Shown: positions 25,081-38,260, numbered from the stretch's first letter. The stretch: 64,000 nucleotides of DNA from Octopus sinensis (GCF_006345805.1 NC_043000.1:132804001-132868000), one strand, 5' to 3'. The notes: generated by a model from the sequence alone, not told the origin. Translations and numbers: made by a program.

Positions 25081-25457
25081 AAATAGAAAATAATTGGTTT
25101 CAAATTTTGGCACAAGGCCAATAATTTTGGGGGAGGGTGTAAGTCAATTATATTCACTCCAGTGTTCATCTGATGTTTATTTTACTGATCCCAAAAGAAT
25201 GAAAGACAAAATCAACTATTGCAGAATTTGGCAGAAATACTGCTAAGCATTCTGTCTGGTGTGCTAATGATTCTGCCAGCTTACCAATAATAATCAGTGG
25301 CAGAAAAGCAAATTAAGCAAAAAGAAAGAAACACTTTCACAGGCAAGAGCAAAAGTTTTTTTGAAGAACTATAGATTTCCATCAAAACTTGGGGTTCAAC
25401 AAAATTTTGAGCAAAAAAGTTAAATGGAGTGAAATTATGGTTTTTTAAAAAATTATA

Positions 25458-25860
25458 GGCGCTGGAGTGGCTGTGTGGTAAGTAGCTTGCTTAACGAACC
25501 ACATGGTTCCGGGTTCAGTACCACTGTGTGGCACCTTGGGCAAGTGTCTTCTACTATAGCCTCGGGCCGACCAAAGCCTTGTGAGTGGATTTGGTAGACA
25601 GAAACTGAAAGAAGCCTGTCGTATATATATATGTATGTGTGTGTATATGTTGTGTATCTGTGTTTGTCCCCACCCCACCCAACATCGCTTGACAACCAAT
25701 GCTGGTGTATTTAGGTCCCTGTAACCTAGCGGTTCAGCAAAAGAGACCAATAGAATAAGTACTAGGCTTACAAAGAATAAGTTCTGGGGTCGATTTGATT
25801 TGACTAAAGGCGGTGCTCCAGCATGGCCACAGTCAAATGACTGAAAACAAGTAAAAGAGT
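25458..25860 (+). mobile_element. SINE family A
   Basis: Full-length match; a more degenerate copy follows at ~25917-26307. Confidence 0.9.
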
Positions 25861-26365
25861 AATTATTTATGATGCTTTATACTCGCGTTAATGAGTAAAA
25901 AAATAAATTTTATTGCCATGGTTGTGTGATTAAGAAGCTTGCTTTGCGACCACATGGTTTCAGGTTCAGTCCCATTCCATGTCAACTTGGGCAAGTGTCT
26001 TCTACTAGAGCCCTGGGCTGATTGATGCCTTGCAAGTGAATTTGGTAGACAAACTGTGTGGAAACCCTTATACATACATATATATATATATACATATGTG
26101 TGTGTGTGTGAGCACGTGCATGTGTGTCTTTGTGTTTGTCCCCACCCCACTGCTTGACATCTGGTGTTGGTTTGTTTACAACCCCATAAATTAGTAGTTC
26201 AGCAAGAGACTAAAAAGTAGTTACTGGGGTCACTTTGTTTGACTAAATATCTCAGAGTAGTGCCCCAGCTTGGCCACAGTCTAGTGACTGAAACAAGTAA
26301 AAGAATAAAAGATTTGTCAAGCATTAAGTGTTTACATCTTCACCAAAGTTCCGGAACATCTTTAT

Positions 26366-26751
26366 GGATGGAAGCACTCCGTCGGTTACGACGACGAGGG
26401 TTCCGGTTGATCCGATCAACGGAACAGCCTGCTCGTGAAATTAATGTGTAAGTGGCTGAGCACTCCACAGACACGTGTACCCTTAACGCAGTTCTCGGGG
26501 ATATTCAGCGTGACACTGAGAGTGACAAGGCCGGCCCTTTGAAGTACAGGTACAACAGAAACAGGAAGTAAGAGTGAGAGAAAGTTGTGGTGAAAGAGTA
26601 CAGCAGGGATCACCACCATCCCTGCCGGAGCCTCGTGGAGCTTTAGGTGTTTTTGCTCAATAAACACTCACAATGCCCGGTCTGGGAATCGAAACCGCGA
26701 TCCTACGACCGCGAGTCCGCCGCCCTAACCACTGGGCCATTGCGCCTCCAC
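26366..26751 (-). mobile_element. SINE family B, tail type 2
   Basis: tRNA-like head at 26751-26680; perfect 11-bp TSD AACATCTTTAT at 26355-26365 and 26752-26762. Confidence 0.9.
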
Positions 26752-27384
26752 AACATCTTTATAGCTTCCATGATGTAGAAAAGCTTCAAGACCTTTGACT
26801 TAGTATGCTACAATCAAATTTTCTCACATAATAATAAACCAAAATGATACAGACACTGGAAATAAGTACAAATCTCATGAGGTTTTGTCAATGTTTTGTG
26901 AAAACATTAATTAACTCAAGATATCCATTTAAATTCTCATTAAATCTTGAACTTCAAACATGTATTTCTAAAACAATATCTTAATTTAACTCTAGAGAGA
27001 TCTTTAAAATATTGACTTTTTGCTCAAAGAAGACTTCATAATTAATCAAAGTTAATAATTCCAATAACGTTTACTTTCAGCAAGGGACAAGGCTTTTGTT
27101 TTTGTTTTATAGAAAAGTGTGTAAACAACTGATTACACCCAAGTGGATTGATCTTACTCTGAGTTTTCTATCAATTTATAACACTAATGAAATGATTCAT
27201 TGCATAGCAGTAAAAACATTTCAATTCACTAATGAATCAAAACATGTTTAAAGTGGGTTTGTGTTATTGGACTTGTGGGATTACAAATTTTTACCTGTCA
27301 CAATGATTTTGCACACACAAAATATAGACAGATGTATAGCTGTAATATGTGCAGGTGTGACTGAAAGAGGTGCAGGTGTGGCTG

Positions 27385-27783
27385 TAATAGGCACAGGTGT
27401 TGTTGTGGTTAAGAATTTCGCTTCCAAACCATACGATTTGGGGTTCAGTCCAACTGTATGGCACTTTAGGCAAGTGTCTTCTACTATAGCCCTGGATCAA
27501 GCAAAGCCTGTTGAGTGGATTTGGTAGGCAGAAACTGAAAGAATCTTGTTGCATGAGTGTGTGTGGCAGAAATGTTAGCACGCCGGGTGAAATGAGTAGC
27601 CGTATTTCATCTGCCGTTACGTTCTGAGTTCAAATTCCGCCGAGGTCAACTTTGCCTTTCATCCTTTCAGGGTTGATAAACTAAGTACCAGTTATGCACT
27701 GGGGTCGATATAATCGACTTAATCCATTTGTCTGTCCTTGTTTGTCTTCTCTGTGTTTAGCCCCTTGTGGGTAGTAAAGAAAT
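27385..27783 (+). mobile_element. Partial SINE A followed by SINE C (27565-27783)
   Basis: Sequence similarity to both families. Confidence 0.75.
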
Positions 27784-28734
27784 ATATGTGTGTATGTGTG
27801 TGTGTGTGTGTGTGTCTTGATGGATGGATGGATATGATTGTGTCTCTTGATCTTGACATGGCATGATTGTTATAAATGTCACTCGTTTCCAATATTCTGC
27901 AGAAACATGTCTGGACATTGAAAAAGCCTGCCCCAGAAAACTTTGTTCAACCCATGCAAACATAGAAAAGAGGACATTAAAGAAACAACAAAAAAAAAAA
28001 ACCGAACAAAACAAAAATATGACTGATTTCATCAAGTTAATAGAAACACATGTGACATATAGTGTGTTGGGAAGCTGTATAAAAGACAAAATAAAATAGA
28101 CAAGATAAAATGCACAAGGAAACACACACACACACACACACACACACGTACACAAAAGGAATTGAAAGGAAATAAATAAACTGAGTTTTAACTATGATGT
28201 ATAATTGCCAGCCAAACATTTTGTGCAGTAACTTAAGAATGGTAGAATCAAGGCTATGATTCCATCTACATGAGAAAGAATGTTTGCATCTGAAATTAGA
28301 GGAAACACGGGGGTGTTTATTTCAACCCAGCAGGGGATGGTGACTGCAGTAATTGATTCCGGAAATTAACTACCAATTTAAATGTGTGAACAGAATAGAA
28401 GGATAGATGAAGTTGTGAGAAACAAATGAAGCTTGGCATTATGTCAGTGGTAACAATATAATAACCATATTACAAAGTAACTATCATATTCATTAGATTC
28501 TGTGAAGGGAAAGACAGACTGAATTTAATGCTCAAAGGTTAAATAGTCACACTAACAATAGGCAGGTCAATACGGTGGAAACAAAGAAAAAAAAAAAAAA
28601 TTCACTGTTGAGTATCAGAGAAATGTATTTTACACCCCGTCTCATTTAAATTTTATTTTCTAATATTATTTCAGTCTTTTAAATTGCTGATCAAAAATGA
28701 AACTTTTTTTTTAATCACCATTTTTTACTCTACA

Positions 28735-28860
28735 TCACCACCATCATCATTCTCATTGCCATTACCACTACTACTACTGTTATCCTCCTCCTCCTCCTCC
28801 TCCTCATCATCACCACCACCACCACCACCATCACCATCACCATCATTATTATTATTATTT
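28735..28860. repeat. Compound trinucleotide microsatellite (CAT/CTA/CCT/CAC/TAT)
   Basis: Seen directly. Confidence 0.9.
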
Positions 28861-29309
28861 TATATTTGCTTTTTCAGGTTTCCTGAAGAAGTGCATTATG
28901 ACTGGGTGCTCTTGCTGTCATCAACACCTTTAGTTGCCTTTATGGTATACAGTGTACCTATTCTAAAAATGGGATACACATGGTCAGTACAAGGTACTAT
29001 TTCTGCTGGTCAGAAAGGCATTTAACCATTACACCTTTCTAAGGTGGCAAACAGAATCATTAGAGTGTCAGTAAAAAAAAATCCTTTGCAACATTTGTTC
29101 TGATTCTTAATGTTCTGAGTTCAAATGCTAGCAAGATTACTTTGCCTTTCATTTTTTTAGGGTTGATTAAAACAAGCACCAGTTGGGGTCCATGTAACAG
29201 ACTTAGCCCCTCTCCAAAAGCTGCTGACCTTGTGCTAAAATTTGAAACCATTTTAACAATTTTATAATAAGATGTGATTTTGCAAAACACAACTTTCCCG
29301 GTTTCTATA

Positions 29310-29447
29310 GCGTATGTGTTCCCAAGCTGGATGGGACGCCAGTCCATCGCAGCATTACTCATTTTTGCCAGCTGAGTGGATTGGAGCAACATGAAATGAA
29401 GTGTTTTGCTCAAGAACACAACGCATTGCCCGGTCCAGGAATCGAAA
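29310..29447 (-). mobile_element. SINE fragment with a GTGTTCTTGAGCAAAACACTT core
   Basis: Resembles conserved-core (V/CORE-type) SINE domains; truncated. Confidence 0.5.
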
Positions 29448-29448
29448 T

Positions 29449-29469
<21 letters not shown>

Positions 29470-29482
<13 letters not shown>

Positions 29483-29710
29483 ATAAATATTAGGGAATAA
29501 ATCCAAACTTACAGGGAAAAATCAGATTTAGGATTGAATCCAATTTTATAGTAAAATATTATATTATATTAAATTAGAAATAAAACCACTATTAGGCAAA
29601 TCATACAATGAAAAAATTAAGCCAATACATAAGATTATTTAATTTATATTATTTAAATATATAACAAAATTATAAAAAAAAAAATATTAATATAACACTA
29701 CGATCGTTTC
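29470..29710 (-). mobile_element. AT-rich PLE-like pseudo-LTR remnant in (TA)n, starting with the 3' half of a hammerhead core
   Basis: Minus strand begins GAAACGAUCGUA (GAA plus the 8-nt palindrome ACGAUCGU plus A); (TA)n on both sides. Confidence 0.45.
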
Positions 29711-30391
29711 ATATATATATACAAATGAATGGACAAACTAAAGCAGAGCACTCAACACATTTACTGGAAGTTACATGTATGGATCAGAACAGTTTGATTC
29801 AAATTCCATGCTACTTAAAGTTTCAAAGCTTTGAAACTTTAAATAGCATGAAATTTGGATCAAGCTGTTCTGATCCACTGCCCTGCCATGCACACACAGT
29901 GCAGGCTTGGTTGTGTGGTTAAGAAGTTCGTTTCCAATGTACATAGCATCAAGTTCAGCCCTACAGAGTAACACCTTCAGTAAATGCCTTTTACTATAAC
30001 GGATTTGGTAGATGGAAACTGAAAGAAGCCTCTGTGTGTGTGTGCATGCATATGTATCTCCTTGTCTTGACATTGTAAGTAAGCATCACTACCATACAAG
30101 TGATGTCATTCATTTCTAGCCTTCCAATCAAACATATCCAGCCAAGGGAAAATATCATTTTACTTGGAAACAGAAGAGAGTTGGTGAGAGAAAGAGTATA
30201 GAAAATAGAAAATTTATCTCAACAAATTCTATCTGAGCCATGCAAGCATGAAAAAGGAAAACATTAAAACAATGCTGGCAAGAGTAATGATGACAGCAAG
30301 GTTACAGTTGTTGTTTAGCCCTGGCTTAGCTCTGGTCAAACAGACCTATGGTTGAAAGCAATTCAAAAGTGACACTTTCATGATTTGTCCA

Positions 30392-30708
30392 TACATCATC
30401 ATCATCATTTAACGTCCGTTTTCCATGCTAGCATGGGTTGGATGGTTCGACCGGGGTCTGGGAAGCCAGGAGGCTGCACCAGGCTCCAGTCTCATCTGGC
30501 AATGTTTCTACAGCTGGATGCCCTTCCTAACGCCAACCACTCTGTGAGTGTAGTGGGTGCTTTTTATGTGCCACCGGTACAGGTGCCAGGGGAGGCTGGC
30601 AACATCCACGATCGGTTGGTGCTTTTTATGTGCCACCGGTATGGAAGCCAGTCAAGGTGGCGCTGGCATCGGCCATGTTCGGATGGTGCTTTTTACATGC
30701 CACCGGAG
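30392..30708 (-). mobile_element. Repeat family D
   Basis: (CAT)n-TTTAACGTCCG start on the plus strand, conserved body. Confidence 0.85.
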
Positions 30709-30898
30709 GATACATATGACTACATCATCAAATGTAGCTTTTCTTTTAATAAAATAGATAGCATGTGATTTGAGGAAAATTTGACTGCTGATTTTAGGAG
30801 ATCAAGAAACATTGTAGAGCTGCACTCATTGACTTAACATGGTACTAGCTGTGGTGATAGTCAGGTTGATTCATAAGTTGTCCTTTCAAGTGACTTAG

Positions 30899-31446
30899 CC
30901 CTTTACCACTTAAACCAACCATATCTGGCCCAAGTATTCTATGTGGAGGCATATGGCCTAGTGGTTAGAGCAGCGGACTCGCGGTCAAGGGATCGCAGGT
31001 TCGAATCTTAGACTGGGCAATGTGTGTATTTATGAGCGAAACACCTAAGTTCCACGCGACTCCGGCAGAAGGTAATGGCAAACTTCTGCTGACTCTTTTG
31101 CCTAAACTTTCTCTCACTCTTTCCTCCTGCATCTAGGAGCTCACCTGCGATAGACCGGTGTCCCATTCAGGTGGGGAACCTATATGCCAAGGGAACCGGG
31201 AAACCGGCCCTTATGAGCCAGGCGTGGCTCGAGAAGGAACAACAACAAATATTCTACCCATTTTATGTTCAAACTAGCCAAATCCAGCCTCTCCTCAACC
31301 CTGTAATAATATTTTTAAATGAGATGACCATTTAAAAATAAATGATCACATCATTGAAATCTCAAAGCTACAAGATGTGTGATAAATTCAAAACAACGTG
31401 AATGAATAATCATTACATGTAACAGAACAATCTGAATGTTAACAGG
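30899..31446. mobile_element. piggyBac-type MITE interrupted by SINE B
   Basis: Degenerate TTAG|CCCTTTA ... CAGG|TTAA ends; similar to 13689-13904. Confidence 0.55.
30944..31248 (+). mobile_element. SINE family B, tail type 3 ending (AAC)n
   Basis: tRNA-like head; near-perfect TSD AAGTATTCTA/AAATATTCTA. Confidence 0.85.
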
Positions 31447-31930
31447 TTAAATCAACAGCTTGCTTTAAAACTGTTCCATCTTACAAATGAACATCGAATA
31501 AATGAAATCCACAAACTAAAGTTACATGATTTGTCCTTAATAATGTGTGATAGTGAATTAGTTATATTGTAATGGAATTGTTAACTAATGAGCATGTTTC
31601 ATCACTATGTTTAATGATGACTCCCCAATAATAACTGCTATTATCACAATTATTAATCAGACCAAAGGAATAAATAGATAAAGAAGGCAGTAAGATCCAA
31701 GAAATCTAATGATTGTCTGCACTGGTAATTAGAGAGCACAAATAGTTCAAAAGTGGAACAAATTAGTATGCTATGAAGAAGAGGGAAATTCTAATGTTTT
31801 GGGTAGAAATATTTCTCAGCGAATGATGTTATCTGATGAACTAAATTAATAAAAATAGAGTGAGTGTCACAGAGGGGTACAGTATGTTATGAGAAGAACT
31901 GTGCCAAACAGATGTAATATTAAATAAGAA

Positions 31931-32310
31931 CTAGCAATATTGCCCGGCGTTGCTCGGGTTTGTTTTCTTTTCGACCCTTTAGAATTGGAATTTTTGAAAT
32001 TTTGCATTATGTAGCTTTAAGTGAACATTTTTCTGGTTGAAATACACCGAAAATTGATGACACAGCAGTCAAAAAATCGTAAAAAATAGGGATTTTCATA
32101 GAAAAAAAAGCAACTTTTTGATGTAAATAATTTTTGGTGTTAACATGGTCCGATTTGAACTTTTTCTTCTATGGAAGGAAGAGCAAGCCTTCTTCTATCA
32201 TACTCTCAATTTTGGTCAACTTGTGTCACAGGGTCTCGGAGGAGATAGTATTAGTTGAAGGCTACCAAACCTGCCATACACAGACAACTTCAGCTTTATA
32301 TATATATAGA
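31931..32310 (-). mobile_element. Non-autonomous Helitron (380 bp)
   Basis: Minus strand A|TC start, subterminal hairpin CCCG-AGCAACGC-CGGG, CTAG|T end; second copy at 41909-42314. Confidence 0.85.
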
Positions 32311-33107
32311 TAGATATACTATAGATTTCAAGAAATGAAGAGTCAAAGAATTTTTAGTGATACTAAAGGAAATATACATTCTTGAAGTAAAGTCTGGGAG
32401 AATGTTGATTTGAAAGATATGCTGTCAACTGAATGAACTTTATGATTATTATACAGTGAAAGTCGATAGAACTTTAACATGATGACATACATTACAATAG
32501 AATGAATAAATGTTTATGTCTTATTGTTACTGTGTTTTGATTTGGGAAAACATCTAAAACTGCTGTCATAAGATTTTTTAAATGTATATTTTTAAAACTT
32601 TTTAAATTCTCTTTAGCTGAGTTGGAATAAAGAAAGACAAAAGATTTCTGAAATGTCAATGCTGTCTTCAAATAGGACATAGATTATTAACCAAAATAAA
32701 AATCTCACTTGAACTGAATGATCAAGTGGTAAAATCAATCAATATAATATTGATCTGAACAATGTTATGTTGATATGGTATATTAATATAACGAGAAAAA
32801 AAAAAAAAAGAAGAAAGAAACATTGTAAGATAGTAGAATATTTTTATGCAAAAGAAAATTTGACTCCACTTTAAATTCTATAAGAATTCTGTAAAGCAAT
32901 AAAATATTCAAGTGACTTCAGGCTAAATGAATTTAACGTCTTGACAGTCATAATCTCTCTCTCTCTTGTATATGCATGTTTTTGTTTCAATTTTGAAATT
33001 TCTCACTAATAGAGAAAGAGCCAGCTTCTAACTCAGAAACAAGGCTCTTTCATTTGAATTTAGACATCAACTAGATAGTCATATACATATCTGCATATGT
33101 ATGTACA

Positions 33108-33520
33108 AGGGCACCGTTCGAGTATGATCGTTACCAGCATCACCTTACTGGCACAATGTGCTTGTAGGGTGCCAAGAGCACCATCCGAGCGTGATTGTTG
33201 CCAGAGCAGCCAACTGGCTTCCGTACCCGTGACACGTAAAAGGGCACCATTCGAGCGTGAGCGTTACCAAGTCGCTTCACTGGCACGTGTAAAAAGATTC
33301 GAGCAAGGTCATTGCCAGTACCGCCGGACTGGCCCCCGTGCCGGTGGCACGTAAAATGCACCCACTACACTCTTGGAATGGTTGGTGTTAGGAAGGGCAT
33401 CCAGCTGTAGAAACTCTGCCAGATCAAGATTGGAGCCTGGTGCAGCCATCTGGTTCACCAGCCCTCAGTCAAAACCGTCCAACCCATGCTAGCATGGAAA
33501 GCGGACGCTAAACGATGATG
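33108..33520 (+). mobile_element. Repeat family D
   Basis: Tandem units plus the conserved 3' end and (GAT)n. Confidence 0.85.
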
Positions 33521-34019
33521 ATATTCGCGTACATCATTGCTTGTGTGGATCTGCATGTTTTGACTTATGGATGTGTACATGTACACATTTGTATGTCTAC
33601 ATGTCACTCTAAGACATTTCTTTGAGACAAGATATTACACCAAGTGCTGTTTCACATTTGTATACATATTATAATGTGCATACAAAAGCGAAACAGCACG
33701 AGCTCTAATATCTTATCTCAGATAAAAATACTGGTGTTTATTTTGGGCCGTTTCAAGTGAATACATTAATTTAATACTAGCCTGGATAATTTTCATACAA
33801 ATCAGTAAATGTTTTGTTTACAAATTTCTATCTCATCTCAGAATAATTATTTTGGGGTTTAGCTCAGAATGTGCAGGTTATTCCTCACTGAAGAGGTCAA
33901 ATCAAGTTGAAACACTATGTCTGGTGAGCCATGAGCCACTGACACTCTGAACAAATCCCTAAGCTTTTAACACACAAGTCCCTTTGAGATGAAATATTAC
34001 AGCTAGGGTCATTCGACAT

Positions 34020-34742
34020 TTGTATACACATTTATAAATGTTATATACACATATAGATTTATTTTAAGTCTATATGTGCACATATCACCCTACTACATAT
34101 TTCACATGTTTTCACAGTTTCATTACCAGCTTGTAATTGTAATTTTGTAAATAGCTGAATCCCTTCCGGTTTTGTATAACCCAGCTTCTTAAGAGTGGTG
34201 CTGAAACAGTTAAATACATATCCCAGTGCCACAATAATTATAGGTATAAATCTAAAGTTATAGTCAGGGTGGAATAACTGCAAACATCTCGTTAGTTTTG
34301 CATCATATTGCTTTTCTTCTTTTTCCTTTAATATCATATTAGTGTCAGCTGAACTTTTACTGACTTCTATTTCTGTGCACACAATCTTTCTCCATTCCAG
34401 ACCATTATGCCTGACCTGTTATGCTTACACTTTACAGAGGTTTTGACAAGAACACACTCCATCAATATTCTTTCACATTATGGATGAGTATATCTTCAAG
34501 ATCACTGTAAGTTCTTATACTTTTATTTTCAGGACTACCCTTTCTACATATTGCATTATTTTGGTCATGACACCATGCTTCATAGGTGAGTAGTATTGTG
34601 ATGACATTTTTAGTCAGCTGCTTATGATGTGAGTGACATATTTGACATTAATTCTAAAGAATCTGCATCAATTGTTACATCTAGTATTTGACTTACATCC
34701 CTATTCCTTCTGTGCATTTGGCATTTTGTTATTTCCCTTTCC
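34020..34742 (-). mobile_element. R2/R4-superfamily (Dong/R4-like) non-LTR retrotransposon 3' remnant with CCHC region and restriction-like endonuclease
   Basis: Frameshifted CNNxCRFFRINVKYVTHIISS..MSSQYY.PMKH, KEY.WSV..KTSVKCKHNRSGIMVW, then ORF 34382-34059 IEVS..AD.N...KE.EKQY...FIPIIIVALG. Confidence 0.8.
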
Positions 34743-34746
34743 TGTA

Positions 34747-34880
34747 TTATTGGGTTGTCCGGAAAGTTCGCGCCACTTTTTAAAGGAAAGAAAAAGGTCA
34801 ATAAGTACTTGCCATTACATTTTTAATCAACCGAATATGAACCATTTTGTTGCACAATTCATCTCCATCTTTCCTTTAAC
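34747..34880 (+). mobile_element. Mariner-type 5' terminal fragment
   Basis: TA-TTGGGTTGTCCGGAAAGTTCG terminus; no matching 3' TIR found. Confidence 0.5.
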
Positions 34881-34899
34881 TTGAATTTTATCTATAAAT

Positions 34900-35230
34900 A
34901 TAGGCACAGGCTATATAGGCTGTGTGGTAAGAAGCTTGCTTCCAAACCACATGGTTCCAGGTTCAGTCCCACTGCATGGCACCTTGTGCAAGTGTCTTCT
35001 ACTATAGCTTCATATATATATATATATATATGCATTTGTTACCCTACCATCGATTGATAACCGATGTTGGAGTGTTTATGTTCTCGTAACTTAGTGGTTC
35101 AGCATAAGAGACTTATAGAATAAGTACTAAGCTTACAAAGAATAAGTCCTGGGGTTGATTTGTTTGACTAAAGGTGGTGCTCCAGCATGGCCACAGCCAA
35201 ATGACTGAAACAAATAAGGAATAAAGGAAT
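34900..35230 (+). mobile_element. SINE family A (internally deleted)
   Basis: Head and tail match. Confidence 0.8.
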
Positions 35231-35344
35231 ACCACTTAACACAAACAAATGTCAACAGAGATTGCGGGAAGGGAAAGAAGTGTTCAGGAGGATGCGGGGA
35301 CAGATGGTAAATGAAAAAGAAAAAACAAAAGAAACCAATGAGAT

Positions 35345-35375
<31 letters not shown>

Positions 35376-35927
35376 CAAAAACCCAACAAAATGGATTCAC
35401 AGTCCTAAATTCAACATTACACTGAAGAAGTCCAGTTTAGACTGGAATATGTTATGATTTTTCAGTTGAATTTTAATTATTTTTTCTACGAAAAAGGGAA
35501 TAGGTTTGTTCTCACCCTCACTAAAATAAAGCAGCTGGACCAATGAAAACTAGTGTACATTATTTTTGGTAGGTTTACTGAAGGGTTCTGGTAATCACTA
35601 CAAATATTCTCTTATGAAGGAAATGGCTAGGCAGATGCTATTAATCAAGTATATATCTCCATCTCCACCTTAATAGATACAAACACATGGGATTTTGGCT
35701 GCAATCTAGAGCTAAGAGAAAAAGTTTGAACAGTAAAAAAAATTCTCTTATAAATGTCTGTGTTTTTGCAAGTGCATTCAAGCACACACACACACACACA
35801 AACATAGACACACACATATGCATACGCACCTACACACAAATGAAAAAAATTAACAGGTAGAATATCAGACACAGAATACTATCATGTAAATTTAAGTTAT
35901 GTCATGACACAGACATATGCACATAAA

Positions 35928-35965
<38 letters not shown>

Positions 35966-35981
35966 TGCATACATCTATAAA

Positions 35982-36222
35982 TGAAATACCTATTTCTTTA
36001 CTACCCACAAGGGGCTAAACACAGAGAGGACAAACAAGGACAGACAAACAGGTTAAGTCGATTAGATCGACCCCAGTGCGTAACTGGTACTTATTTAATC
36101 GACCCCAAAAGGATGAAAGGCAAAGTCGACCTCGGCGGAATTTGCGCTCAGAACGTAATGGCAGACGAAATACTGCTAAGCATTTCGCCTGGCCTGCTAA
36201 CGTTTCTGCCAGCTCGCTGCCT
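35982..36222 (-). mobile_element. SINE family C (C1)
   Basis: Full-length match. Confidence 0.9.
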
Positions 36223-36316
36223 TATAAATTTCTATAAATGAAATACCATGTGAAAGAAATGGAATGGAAGGTCAGGGTATCATGATGAAAGGTGAGAATT
36301 TGATTGGTCAGGGTGG

Positions 36317-36319
<3 letters not shown>

Positions 36320-36365
<46 letters not shown>
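36320..36365. repeat. (GA)n microsatellite
   Basis: Seen directly. Confidence 0.95.
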
Positions 36366-36369
<4 letters not shown>

Positions 36370-37061
36370 AGGCTAGAATAGCTAAGAAAGAAACATGATA
36401 GATAAAAATAGATTTAATTTGATGAAGAAGACGAATACTTCATTAATGTATAAGATATTTTTCATCCCCAAATGCATCTAAAAATTCATTGCATCATATA
36501 ATCATATAATATGCCAGATCTACTTGAGGCTAATGAGTATATATAAGCTGCCTGACAACCAACTGAATGGTCAATGGTTTATATCCTATTACAGGCAAAG
36601 CATAGTAATCTTGATCAAAGATCTTAATCTCAATGATATCAATTCACTCCTATATAAATAGATACAATGTGTAAGTACAGTTCATAATGTATGAGAAGTG
36701 TTTATCATTTTGTCATTGAATTCAGATCATCCATCTGATTATCAGCTGTGTGTATGTGTGTTAGTCAGTATGAAAGAAGTTCATTCCATGTTAGACTTAT
36801 CCTACAACATACATCAATCGCCAAAAGATGAGCCAATGAGGGAGCCCCTATGTAGTCCCTCGACCTACAAGAAATAGCAGCTGTATACTCACAAATCACA
36901 GCCTATTATCTTGGCCCGAAGCTATAGTATATGGATAATGTGGTACTGGGTTCCCCAGGCCTAGGAAAAATACAAGATGGTTATGACTGGAATGTCTTGG
37001 ATCATAGATCTGCTCAATGAGGGCTGACCCAGGTTAACAACAACAACAACAACAGCAGCAG

Positions 37062-37447
37062 TGGAGGTGCAATGGACCAATGGTTAGGGCAGTGGACTCG
37101 CAGTCGGAGGATCGCAGTTTCGATTCCCAGACTGGGCGTTGTGTGTGTTTATTGAGCGAAAACACCTAAAGCTCCACGAGGCTCCGGCAGGGGGTGGTGG
37201 CGACCCCTGTTGTACTCTTTCGCCCCAACTTTCTCTCACTCTTTCTTCCTGTTTCTTGTCCCCGACTTCCTATGCTGCTGCTGAGCCTGGATGCACATTC
37301 ATCCATCCGTCGATGCTCTCGGTGTCGGGGGTTGACCTGCTTTCTCTTCTGCGGGTCTTATGAATACCAAAGGACCACGTTTCGGACTTCTCCCATCTTG
37401 CGAGCTCTGGGACGAAGGCCGTTCACTCAACAGCAACAACAGCAACC
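37062..37447 (+). mobile_element. SINE family B, tail type 4, within (AAC/CAG)n
   Basis: Same head and body as 328-612 but an unrelated 3' ~200 bp. Confidence 0.85.
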
Positions 37448-37542
37448 AAATGAAGATCTTACATTACTACAAGAGATATGATGCATCAGTTCATTCACTA
37501 CAACAAACACAGTTGAAAAATGCTTTTCTTTTTCATCTACTT

Positions 37543-37874
37543 TAGTGTTTCTCAACCATTTCTTTTATCTATGGACCCCTTTAACTCCTATTTTATTTGA
37601 ATGGACCCTCATAACTATTTAATGTTTAAAACATTCTATTATATTTTTATAACTAAATGACACGCAAATTCGTGAAGTGTTCCATATTTTTCTAATAATA
37701 GGTGCAGGAGTGGCTGTGTGGTAAGTAGCTTGCTTAACGAACCACATGGTTCCGGGTTCAGTCCCACTGCATGGCACCTTGGGCAAGTGTCTTCTACTAT
37801 AGCCTCGGGCCGACCAAATCCTTGTGAGTGGATTTGGTAGACGGAAACTGAAAGAAGTCCGTCATATATCTATA

Positions 37875-37911
<37 letters not shown>

Positions 37912-38260
37912 TGTGTGTCTGTGTTTGTCCCCCCAACATCACTTGACAACTGATGCTGGTGTGTTTACATCCCCGTAACCTAGCGGTTCAGCAAAAGAGA
38001 CCAATAGAATAAGTACTAGGCTTACAAAGAATAAGTCCTGGGGTCGATTAGCTCGACTAAAGGTGGTGCTCCAGCATGACGACCGCAGTCAAATGAGTGA
38101 AACAAGTAAAAGAGTAAATATCATTAGGAATTTTTTAAAGAATTGTTAAAATACTTTGTGCATTGTAGAAGAGTAACCAATTTATGGAACATAAATTTTA
38201 AGAACAAAATCTTACATGGACCCCCCCAATGGTCATATAGACCTCAGTTGAGAACCAGTC
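37543..38260. mobile_element. hAT-type MITE with a SINE A inserted (37701-38117)
   Basis: TAGTGTTTCTCAAC ... GTTGAGAACCAGTC TIRs; 8-bp flanks ATCTACTT/ATCCACTC (6/8). Confidence 0.65.
37701..38117 (+). mobile_element. SINE family A
   Basis: Full-length match. Confidence 0.9.

Noticed and set aside
24115-25113. 332-aa minus-strand ORF, the second longest in the track
   Set aside because: Runs antisense through a SINE-A/family-D composite and microsatellites; the same peptide fragments recur in many other SINE-derived ORFs
28878-28950. Plus-strand candidate exon after TTTTTCAG
   Set aside because: The pyrimidine tract comes from a microsatellite; weak donor; no partner exons
35407-35473. CUGAAGA-AGUC..GACU-GGAA-UA hammerhead look-alike
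   Set aside because: A13 is mutated, stem III is only 1 bp, and there is no PLE context; an alternative simple hairpin explains it
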